DNA of 64,000 nt, taken from assembly GCF_009914755.1 (NCBI RefSeq), contig NC_060932.1; one strand, written 5' to 3'. Position 1 is the stretch's first letter. Every line of letters begins with the position of its first letter. Below, piece by piece: positions 53,768 through 64,000 of this stretch. The notes beneath the pieces are model-generated. The model had not been told where the DNA came from. It worked only from the letters and a program-made list of their open reading frames with translations, and did not search any database. Both the position numbers and the translations under genes were made by a program. The DNA is from the human T2T-CHM13v2.0 reference genome, Homo sapiens.

Positions 53768-53922
53768 TAAGGAAAATACCTAATGCATGAGAGCTTAAAA
53801 CCTAGATGACGGGTTGATGGGTGCAACAAACCACCATGGCACGTGTATACCTATGTAACAAACCTGCACATTCTGCAAATGTATCCCAAAACTTAAAGTA
53901 AAATAAAAATAAATAAATAAAT
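53768..53922 (+). mobile_element. 5'-truncated L1PA 3' end inserted in a MIR
   Basis: cttaaaacctagatgacgggttgatgggtgc...; perfect 15-bp TSD aaaagtattaatgtg (53753-53767 and 53923-53937). Confidence 0.93.
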
Positions 53923-54243
53923 AAAAGTATTAATGTGCTCAATCCTCACAGTAGCCCTATGAGGTTTGTCCATTCTTGTCCCCACCTGATCAGATAAGGA
54001 AACTGAGGCACAAGAATTGAAAACTTGCCCAACGTTCATACATTGGCATTATTCTCTTCCTTCACCTTTGTTTATGGTATTGTTAAAAATGGAAACAACT
54101 TCAAAATATCACAATAGTATATTGATTATATAAATTATGGCCCAGTCACATGATGGAGTTCATGTTTTAGAAGAATATTTAATGAATGGAAAAAGACATA
54201 GAACATAAGTTAAAAAGTGAGTTATAGAATTCCAGGTGGGGGT

Positions 54244-54534
54244 GGCTGGTTGCAATGGCTCACACCTGTAATCCCAGCACTTTGGGAGGCCAAGGCAGGC
54301 AGATCACGAGGTCAGAAGTTCAAGACCAGCCTGGCCAACATAGTGAAACCCCATCTCTACTAAATACAAAAAAATTAGCCGTGCATGGTGGTGGGTGCCT
54401 GTAATCCCAGCTACTTGGGAGGCTGAGGCAAGGAGAATCACTTGAACCTGAGAGGCAGACGTTACAGTGAGCCGAGATTGCACCACTGCACTCCAGCCCC
54501 AGCGACACTGCAAGACTCCATCTCAAAAAAAAAA
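54244..54534 (+). mobile_element. AluS (Sg-like)
   Basis: Full Alu; outer TSD aattccag(g/a)tggg(g/a)gt encloses this and the next Alu. Confidence 0.93.
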
Positions 54535-54537
54535 TTG

Positions 54538-54830
<293 letters not shown>

Positions 54831-56497
54831 ATTCCAGATGGGAGTATTCCATATATATATATATGGCTCCCATTTTCTGACAGGAAAAGATCATTTAAAG
54901 TAAATCCACTTAAAATATTAAAAAAGTGTTATAATGAATAAGCAAGAAAAGATTTGATTAGGGTTGTGTCTTTAAAAATTAAGCTAAAAATTATGAAAAT
55001 TTTTATTTTATCTTACATTTAACACTATATAGATTACTATTAAAACTTTGAGCTAATTCTTGGAACCCAGACTGAAAGGAGGCTTAGATATGAGCTTTCT
55101 GAGAAACTATATGATGACTTGAGTACCCCCTAAAGTGAATCCCGAGTCAAGGACTTGTGTGCTGCTGGTTGACTCAGCAGGAGATCCAAGTAGCATGGCT
55201 GAGGAACCAAGGAGAGGGAGGAGAGGAAGAAATGCAATGCAGGGTGCATTATTATCAAGGTCACTCCTGTTGACAGCTAGGATGTAGCCTCACCAGTAAC
55301 CTCTGAGGAGGGCATAGAATGCATCTCAGAGTTATCCACCTGGGGACTGACTGGAGGACTATTTCTCCATCAGCTCCTTGCCCACATTGCTTATGGGTTG
55401 TTCCTGGGGCCATTATTGCTCCCAGCACTTCTGGGCTACTTGTGTCTGTTTGGGAAGCAGTGCTGGTGTCTACAGCATAGAGAAACCCAGGAGGGAAGTG
55501 AAAAGCAGGAGTCCTGAGTGTGGAAGCCCACAGGGAACTGCCTTCCATCCTGCAGCCTTGGCTGTGATGAGAGGAAAGAGCATGAGCACATGAATCTGGC
55601 CATCAGAGGTGGGTGACTGACACGATAGCACACATCATAGCATTCTCATTTGAATCACAACATGATCATACTGAGGACCTCTGCAAAAGCGTTGCATAGA
55701 AGTCTTCATCAGTTTTCCCAAAGGCCTTTTGTATCCTTTAATATTCAACTCTTTTAAACCACCTTCCATGCTGTGCTGTTTCTCTTCTTTAATTGTTAAC
55801 TGTCCCATCCCTGCCAAACAATGTTTGTTGATGACTTGGTATGTGTTTTCTGCAGTTCTCCAACTCACTTGAATCAGCTTCACAAAACAATGCATCTTTT
55901 GCAAGATTTGAGATTTCTCTTTGCAGTGAACTTGCAATGCATTTGCAATGAGCAGGCTAACCAACAAAAATATTCATGTGAGAGTGGGAGTATATACAGG
56001 GAGGGCTGGCTGTTAAGAGTGAGAATTAATTTACTCAGTGGTCAGTTTATTACTTCTAGTTAGTGTCCTTAACCCACATCCATACCCTTACCTTCTCCCA
56101 GTTGGTTGCCTAATGAATATATCCCTTGGAAAGCAGAGGTCAATGCCTAAAGCATTGGAAATTCCTACCACACAACTGTATATTTCCCTCACAGCCACTC
56201 CCAGAAGAGAAAAGCAATGCAGGGTGTGTCCTCTCAAGCATCTCTGCACCTTCCCTACCACCTAGTCATGCCTGACTTCATCCTTGCCGGACAATTTCCC
56301 AACATGGGCTTCCTCTGCCAAGGATGTGAACTAGAATTTCTTTTCATGTCACCTTAGTAATATCTCACTGATATACTGAGACCTCCAGACCCTTAACACT
56401 AACTTCACTCTTACCCTCAAAGCCTCCTGACCCCATGCTTCATTTTCTTTCACATTAGGCAGGAAAATGTTGGTATTATAAAAACATGGATTGGAAG

Positions 56498-56950
56498 TGT
56501 CAGGCCTCTGAGCCCAAGCCAAGTCATCGCATCCCCTGTGACTTGCACGTATACACCCAGATGGCCTGAAGTAACTGAAGAATCACCAAAGAAGTGAATA
56601 TGCCCTGCCCCACCTTAACTGATGACATTCCACCACAAAAGAAGTGAAAATGGCCAGTCCTTGCCTTAAGTGATGACATTCCCTTGTGAAAGTCCTTTTC
56701 CTGGCTCATCCTGGCTCAAAAAGCTCCCCCACTGAGCACCTTGCGACCCCCACTCCAGCCCGCCAGAGAACAAACCCCCTTTGACTGTAATTTTCCTTTA
56801 CCTACCCAAATCCTATAAAACGGCCCCACCCTTATCTCCCTTCGCTGACTATCTTTTCGGACTCAGCCTGCCTGCAACCAGGTGAAATAAACAGCCATGT
56901 TGCTCACACAAAGCCTGTTTGGTGGTCTCTTCACATGGACGTGCATGAAA
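56498..56950 (+). promoter_or_regulatory. P2 5' LTR (LTR7up-like); TATA at 56814-56820; AATAAA at 56886-56891
   Basis: Second repeat block contains ACAAAAGA (56635-56642) followed by agtgaaaatggccagtccttgccttaag. Confidence 0.93.
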
Positions 56951-56952
56951 TT

Positions 56953-56970
56953 TGGTGCTGTGACTCGGAT
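56953..56970 (+). other. tRNA-His primer-binding site of P2
   Basis: tggtgctgtgactcggat matches TGGTGCCGTGACTCGGAT at 17 of 18 (one CpG transition). Confidence 0.95.
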
Positions 56971-57093
56971 CGGGGGACCTCCCTTGGGAGATCAATCCCC
57001 TGTCCTCCTGTTCTTTGCTCCGTGAGAAAGATCCACCTACGACCTCAGGTCCTCCGACCGACCAGCCCAAGAAACATCTCACCAATTTCAAAT

Positions 57094-57102
57094 CCGGTAA
57101 GT
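57094..57102 (+). promoter_or_regulatory. P2 major splice donor CCG|GTAAGT
   Basis: Same position and sequence as in P1. Confidence 0.8.
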
Positions 57103-57680
57103 GGCCTCTTCTTACTCTCTTCTCCAACCTCTCTCACTGTCCCTCAACCACTTTCTTCTTTCCATTCTTCAATCTCTCCCTTCTCTTAATTTCAATTCCT
57201 TTCATTTTCAGGGAGAGACAAAGGAGACACGTTTTATCCGTGGACCCAAAACTCCGGCGCCGGTCACGGACTGGGAAGGCAGCCTTCCCTTGGTGTTTAA
57301 TCATTGCAGGGACGCCTCTCTGATTATACACCCACGTTTCAAGGGTGTCAGACCACGCAGGGATGCCTGCCTTGGTCCTTCACCCTTAGCGGCAAGTCCC
57401 ACTTTTCTGGGGAAGGGGCAAGTACCTCAACCCCTTTTCTCCTTGTCTCTACCCCTTCTCTGCTTTTCTGGGAGAGGGGCAAGTACCCCTCAACCCCTTC
57501 TCTCCTTGTCTCTACCCCTTCTCTGCTTTCCTGGGGCAGGGGCAAGTACCCCTCAACCCCTTCTCCTTCACCCTTAGCGGCAAGTCCTGCTTTCCTGGGG
57601 CAGGGGCAAGTACCCCTCAAACCCTTCTCTTTCACCCTTAGTGGCAAGTCCCGCTTTTCTAGGGGGCAAGAACCCCCAAT

Positions 57681-57826
57681 CCCTTATTTCCGCACCCCAA
57701 CCTCGTATCTCTGTGCCCCAATACCTTATTTCTGTGCCCCGACCTCTTATTTCCATGCCCCAACCCCTTATTTCTGTGCCCCATCCCTTATTTCCATGCC
57801 CTGACCTCTTATCTCTGCGCCCCAAC
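57681..57826 (+). repeat. Seven ~21-bp leader repeats (cccttatttctgtgccccaac type)
   Basis: Read directly; P1 has three units at 31906-31968. Confidence 0.88.
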
Positions 57827-57918
57827 CCCTTTTCCCACTTTTCTGGAAGGTAAGAACCCCCGAACCCCTTCCCTCCGTTTCTCTACTCTCTCTTTTCTCT
57901 AGGCTTGCTTCCTTCACT

Positions 57919-60900
57919 ATAGGCAACTTTCCACCCTCCATTCCTCTTTCTACTCCCTTGGCCTGTGTTCTCAAAAACTTAAAACCTCTTCAACTCACAC
58001 CTGACCTAAAACCTAAATGCCTTATTTTCTTCTGCAATGCCACTTGACCCCAATACAAACTCAACAGTAGTTCCAAATAGCCAGAAAACGGCACTTTGAA
58101 TTTTTCCATCCTACAAGATCTAAATAATTCTTGTCGTAAAATAGGCAAACGGTCTGAGGTGCCTGACGTCCAGGCATCCTTTACACATCAGTCCCTTCCT
58201 AGTCTCTGTGCCCAGTGCAACCCGTCCCAAATCTTCCTTCTTTCCCTCCTGCCTGTCCCCTCAGTACCAACACCAAGCGTCGCTGAGTCTTTCTAATCTT
58301 CCTTTTCTACAGACCCATCTGACCTCTCCCCTCCTCACCAGGCCGAGCTAGGTCCCAATTCTTCCTCAGCCTCCGCTCCTCCACCCTATAATCTTTTTAT
58401 CGCCTCCCCTCCTCACACCTGGTCCGGCTTACAGTTTCGTTCCGTGACTAGCCCTCCCCCACCTGCCCAGCAATTTACTCTTAAAAAGGTGGCTGGAGCC
58501 AAAGGCATAGTCAAGGTTAATGCTCCTTTTTCTTTATCCCAAATCAGATAGCGTTTAGGCTCTTTTTCATCAAATATAAAAATGCAGCCCAGTTCATGAT
58601 TTGTTTGGCAGCAACCCTGAGACGCTTTACAGCCCTAGACCCTAAAAAGCCAAAAGGCCGTCTTATTCTCAAAATACATTGTATTACCCATTCTGCTCCG
58701 AAATAAAACTCCAAAAATTAAATTCCAGCCCTCAAACCCCACAACAGTATTTAATTAACCTCGCCTTTAAGGTGTACAATAATAGAAAAAAGTTGCAATT
58801 CCTTGCCTCCACTGTGAGACAAACCCCAGCCACATCTCCAGCACAAGAGAACTTCCAAACGCCTGAACCGCAGCAGCCAGGCGTTCCTCCAGAACCTCCT
58901 CCCCCAGGAGCTTGCTACACATGCCGGAAATCTGGCCACTGGGCCAAGGAATGCCCGCAGCCTGGGATTCCTCCTAAGCCGCGTCCCATCTGTGTGGGAC
59001 CCCACTGAAAATCGGACTGTTCAACTCACCTGGCAGCCACTCCCAGAGCCCCTGGAACTCTGGCCCAAGGCTCTCTGACTCCTTCCCAGATCTTCTCGGC
59101 TTAGCGGCTGAAGACTGACACTGCCCGATTGCCTCGGAAGCCCCCTAGACCATCAAGGACGCTGAGCTTCAGGTAACTCTCACAGTGGAAGGTAGGCCCG
59201 TCCCCTTCTTAATCAATACGGAGGCTACCCACTCCACATTACCTTCTTTTCAAGGGCTTGTTTCCCTTGCCTCCATAACTGTTGTGGGTATTGACGGCCA
59301 GGCTTCTAAACCTCTTAAAACTCCCCAACTCTGGTGCCAACTTAGACAATACTCTTTTAAGCACTCCTTTTCAGTTATCCCCACCTGCCCAGTTCCCTTA
59401 TTAGGCTGAGACACTTTAACTAAATTATCTGCTTCCCTGACTATCCCTGGACTACAGCTATATCTCATTGCCACCCTTCTTCCCAATCCAAAGCCTCCTT
59501 TGCGTCCTCCTCTTGTATCCCCCCACCTTAACCCACAAATATGAGATACCTCTACTCCCTCCTTGGCGACCGATCATGCACCCCTTACCATCTCATTAAA
59601 ACCTAATCACCATTACCCCACTCAGCGCCAATATCCAATCCCGCAGCACGCTTGAAAAAGATTAAAGCCTGTTATCACTCGCCTGCTACAGCATGGCCTT
59701 TTAAAACCTATAAACTCTCCTTACAATTTCCCCATTTTACCTGTCCTAAAACCAGAAGAGCCTTACAACTTAGTTCAGAATCTGTGCTTTATCAACCAAA
59801 TTGTTTTGCCTATCCACCCCGTGGTGCCAAACCCATATACTCTCCTATCCTCAATACCTGCCTCTACAACCCATTATTCTGTTCTAGATCTCAAACATGC
59901 TTTCTTTACTATTCCTTTGCACCCTTAATCCCAGCCTCTCTTCGCTTTCACTTGGACTGACCCTGACACCCATCAAGCTCAGCAAATTACCTAGGCTGTA
60001 CTGCCGCAAAGCTTCACAGACAGCCCCCATTACTTCAATCAAGCCCAAATTTCCTCCTCATCTGTTACCTATCTTGGCATAATTCTCATAAAAACACACG
60101 TGCTCTCCCTGCCAATCGTGTCTGACTGATCACTCAAACCCCAGCACCTTCTACAAAACAACAACTCCTTTCCTTCCTAGGCATGGTTAGCGCGGTCAGA
60201 ATTCTTACACAAGAGCCAGGACCGCACCCTGTAGCTTTTCTGTCCAAATAACTTGACATTACTGTTTTAGCCTAGCCCTCATGTCTGCGTGCAGCGGCTG
60301 CCGCTGCATTAATACTTTTAGAGGCCCTCAAAATCGCAAACTGTGCTCAACTCACTCTCTATAGTTCTCATAACTTCCAAAATCTATTTTCTTCCTCATA
60401 CCTGACGCATATACTTTCTGCTTCCTGGCTCCTTCAGCTATACTCACTCTTTGTTGAGTCTCCCACAATTACCGTTGTTCCTGGCCCGGACTTCAATCTG
60501 GCCTCCCACATTATTCCTGATACCACACCTGACCCCCATGACTGTATCTCTCTGATCCACCTGACATTCACCCCATTTCCCCAAATTTCCTTCTTTCCTG
60601 TTCCTCACCCTGCTCACACTTGATTTATTGATGGCAGTTCCACCAGGCCTAATCGCCACACACCAGCAAAGGCAGGTTATGCTATAGTACAAGCCACTAG
60701 CCCGCCTCTTAGAACCTCTCATTTCCTTTCCATCGTGGAAATCTATCCTCAAGGAAATAACTTCTCAGTGTTCCATCTGCTATTCTACTACTCCTCAGGG
60801 ATTATTCAGGCCCCCTCCCTTCCCTACACATCAAGCTCGAGGATTTGCCCCCGCCCAGGACTGGCAAATTAGCTTTACTCAACATGCCCTGAGTCAGATA

Positions 60901-61370
60901 ACTAAAATACCTCTTAGTCTAGGTAGATACTTTCACTGGATAGGTAGAGGCCTTTCCTACAGGGTCTGAGAAGGCCACCGCAGTCATTTCTTCCCTTCTG
61001 TCGGACATAATTCCTCAGTTTAGGCTTCCCACCTCTATACAGTCTGATAACAGACGAGCCTTTATTAGTCAAATCAGCCAAGCAGTTTTTCAGGCTCTTA
61101 GTATTCAGTGAAACCTTTATATCCCTTACGGTCCTCCGTCTTCAAGAAAAGTAGAATGGACTAAAGGTCTTTTAAAAACACACCTCACCAAGCCAGCCAC
61201 CAACTTAAAAAGGACCGGACAATACTTTTACCACTTTCCCTTCTCAGAATTCAGGCCTGTCCTCGGAATGCTACAGGGTACAGCCCATTTGAGCTCCTGT
61301 ATAGATGCTCTTTTTATTAGGCCCCAGTCTCATTCCAGACACCAGACCAACTTAGACTGTGCCCCCAAAA
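57919..61370 (+). pseudogene. HERV-H gag-pro-pol remnant (P2)
   Basis: gag ATG changed to ATA (57919-57921); CCHC knuckle; NTE protease site; RT deletion near 60044; many stops. Confidence 0.9.
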
Positions 61371-61933
61371 AAACTTGGCATCCCTACTATCTTCTGTCTA
61401 GTCATACATACTCCTATTCACCGTTCTCAACTACTCATACATGCCCTGCTCTTGATTACACTGCCAGTTTACACTGTTTTTCCAAGCCATCACAGCTGAT
61501 ATCTCCTGATGCTATCCCCAAACTGCCACACTTAACTCTTGAAGTAAATAAATAATCTTTGCTGGCAGGACTATGCTGAATCTCCTTAGGCACTCTCTAA
61601 TCAGATATCCTGAGTCATCCCAATTCTTAGACGTTTTATACCTGTTTTTCTCCTTCCGTTATTCCATTTAGTTTCTCAATTCATCCAAAACCGTATCCAG
61701 GCCATCACCAAATGTTTCTTCTAACAACCCCACAATATCACCCCTTACCACAAGACCTCCCTTCAGCTTAATCTCTCCCACTCTAGGTTCCCACACCGCC
61801 CCTAATCCCGCTTGAAGCAGCCCTGAGAAACATCGCCCATTCTCTCTCCATACCACCCCCCAAAAATTTTTGCCGCGCCAACACTTCAACATCGTTTTGT
61901 TTTATTTTTCTTATTAATATAAGAAGGCAGGAA

Positions 61934-62386
61934 TGTCAGGCCTCTGAGCCCAAGCCAAGCCATCGCATCCCCTGTGACTTGCACGTATACACCCAGATGG
62001 CCTGAAGTAACTGAAGAATCACAAAAGAAGTGAATATGCCCTGCCCCACCTTAACTGATGACATTCCACCACAAAAGAAGTGAAAATGGCCAGTCCTTGC
62101 CTTAAGTGATGACATTCCCTTGTGAAAGTCCTTTTCCTGGCTCATCCTGGCTCAAAAAGCACCCCCACTGAGCACCTTGTGACCCCCACTCCTGCCCGCC
62201 AGAGAACAAACCCCCTTTGACTGTAACTTTCCTTTACCTACCCAAATCCTATAAAACGGCCCCACCCTTATCTCCCTTCGCTGACTCTCTTTTCGGACTC
62301 AGCCTGCCTGCACCCAGGTGAAATAAACAGCCATGTTGCTCACACAAAGCCTGTTTGGTGGTCTCTTCACAGGGACGTGCATGAAA
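61934..62386 (+). promoter_or_regulatory. P2 3' LTR, both ACAAAAGA motifs intact; AATAAA at 62322-62327
   Basis: 9 substitutions and no indels versus the 5' LTR (manual count). Confidence 0.95.
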
Positions 62387-62429
62387 GGAAGGGCTTTAGC
62401 ACATCAGACAACTACCCCCATTCATTGAC

Positions 62430-62825
62430 ATGTATGTTCGTCTGTTTTCTGCTGCTATAACGGAATACCTGAGACTGGATAATATGTTGAAGAAAAGAAA
62501 TTTATTTGGCTCATGGTTCTGGAGGCTGGGAAGTCCAAGATAGAGGGGCTGCATTTGGTGAGGGCCTTCTTGCTGTGTCAGCCCACGGCAAAGGCAGAAG
62601 GGCTAGAGAGCATGTGTCCACATGAGAGAAAATGAGGTCAATCTCATCCTTTTATCTCTCACAACAGCTAACCCACTCATGTAACAACAGCATTAATTCA
62701 TTCATGGAGGCAGAACCCTTATGACCTAATCACCTTCCTTTTAAAGGTCCCACCTCTAAACACTTTTGCACTAGGGATTAAGTTTCCAACACATGAACTT
62801 TGGGGAACACATTCAAACCATAGCA
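62430..62825 (-). mobile_element. MST/MLT1A-type MaLR solo LTR
   Basis: tgtatgttcgtctgttttctgctgctataacggaatacctgagactgg...cacattcaaaccatagca. Confidence 0.87.
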
Positions 62826-63009
62826 ATGTGGGTCATGAACATGTTCTCAGTTTTATGTAAATTGTGAAAAAGCAGCTTTAGGGCAAGCCTCTTAGTCATC
62901 CCCTTTACCCCACAGTTGCCTCTAGCTCTGCCTAAGTGGAAATTCTGGCCCTACTCCTGACAGGGAGGGGCTTTATATTACTTGGTCATCGTTAAATCCC
63001 AAGCAATAA

Positions 63010-63260
63010 TGATTGGCAGCTCAGTGCTCTAGGTAAAAGCATGAGTTCTCGTGTTTGAGCACCTGGCTTTGGGACCTGGTAGCACCATTTACAAGTCATG
63101 TTACTCAACTGCTCTGTGCCTCATTCCTCCATCTGCAAAGCAAATATAATTATATCAGCTACCTCTGGGCAGATGAGGATTAGTGAGTTCATTCATGAGA
63201 AGCACTTAGACCAGCACCTGACTTTGAACAAACACTCAAACATTAGCCAAAGCTATTCTC
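63010..63260 (+). mobile_element. MIR SINE
   Basis: caagtcatgttactcaactgctctgtgcctcattcctccatctgcaaa...gaagcacttaga. Confidence 0.65.
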
Positions 63261-64000
63261 CTCCCTCCAGTTTGAGATAGAGAAATAATACTTTTCATGT
63301 GGACCACATGTGATGAAAGAAGTCTGAAAGAAGCTAAGAGGATGACCATCAATTAACAACCTTCTTGGAGGGCACAACTTTCCTCTATCATGTCTGAGAA
63401 TGTAGAGAGGGCTTATCCCAGCTCCCCTGGTTAGCTGAGCCTGACTCAACTGAGCCTCCTTAAGAAGATGAATAGATCATGGAAATTTATTAGCAAGCAC
63501 CAGAACCATCATTGTGGAAGCATTTCTCCAAAAGCCATAATTGAAGGCTAGAATGTATGACATGGGGAAGTGGCAAGGGCCTGAATTAAACAGGGACTTT
63601 GTCACTTCATTTTTCAAGAGGGATGTGAAATCTGCACAGCCTCAGAGATCTGTATCCAGAGTTCAGTGGGTATTCATCCATAACCTGAGACCAGAAGCGT
63701 TTGGCTGAGTCAGGCTGTCATTAAGGGTCACTGGGGGTGCTGACTGCAGCTTATCAAAGGCATCCTACTAAACTGAGAAAGCCACAGATGAAATAAACAG
63801 GACCTTGGCCCCACTGGAAATGGAGCTTTCTTTGCAGGGGGCTGACCTTGTTTTTGTAAAGGGCTTTGATTATCAGTTGATCTGACTCCAACAGGGTCAT
63901 TCTAGGGCAGAGGGAACCACCTCCAAGGGAACCAATGCTGGTGCCAACACACGTAGGTGGGTACTGCCCACTTTTGCTTATGTAACCCTTCACCTGCCAA

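Larger units (their letters stand above)
56498..62386 (+). mobile_element. HERV-H provirus P2 (5889 bp; env-less, pol-deleted)
   Basis: Two 453-bp LTR7 copies; His PBS; [14 protein letters not shown]; LINTEATHS; polypurine tract at 61921-61933; perfect TSD ggaag (56493-56497 and 62387-62391). Confidence 0.98.

Noticed and set aside
57681-57826. CRISPR-like array
   Set aside because: These are degenerate tandem units without unique spacers, inside a retroviral leader in primate DNA.

Overview
Primate (very probably human, since it carries an AluYb8) non-coding DNA, dense in transposable elements. I recognise no cellular protein-coding exon, RNA gene or CRISPR array; almost all listed ORFs are chance frames or frames inside repeats. 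The main features are two HERV-H proviruses on the + strand, 20 kb apart: P1 at 30743-36453 and P2 at 56498-62386. Each has two LTRs and its own 5-bp target-site duplication (TSD), so they are independent integrations. Both are the common env-less, pol-deleted type, but their LTR7 subtypes differ. P2 is LTR7up-like, with the second ACAAAAGA motif and an intact tRNA-His primer-binding site (PBS). P1 is a non-7up LTR7 whose 5' LTR has lost its poly(A) hexamer and whose PBS has a 10-bp deletion; it also keeps ATG-initiated ESRG-like, MA and CA-NC reading frames. The rest is old L1, Alu, MaLR (THE1/MST/MLT), ERV LTRs, MER DNA transposons and MIR/L2, often nested. There is also a 298-bp local templated duplication and a perfect (TA)29. 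Repeat subfamily names come from recalled consensus sequences, not a database search, and all functional ideas are hypotheses.
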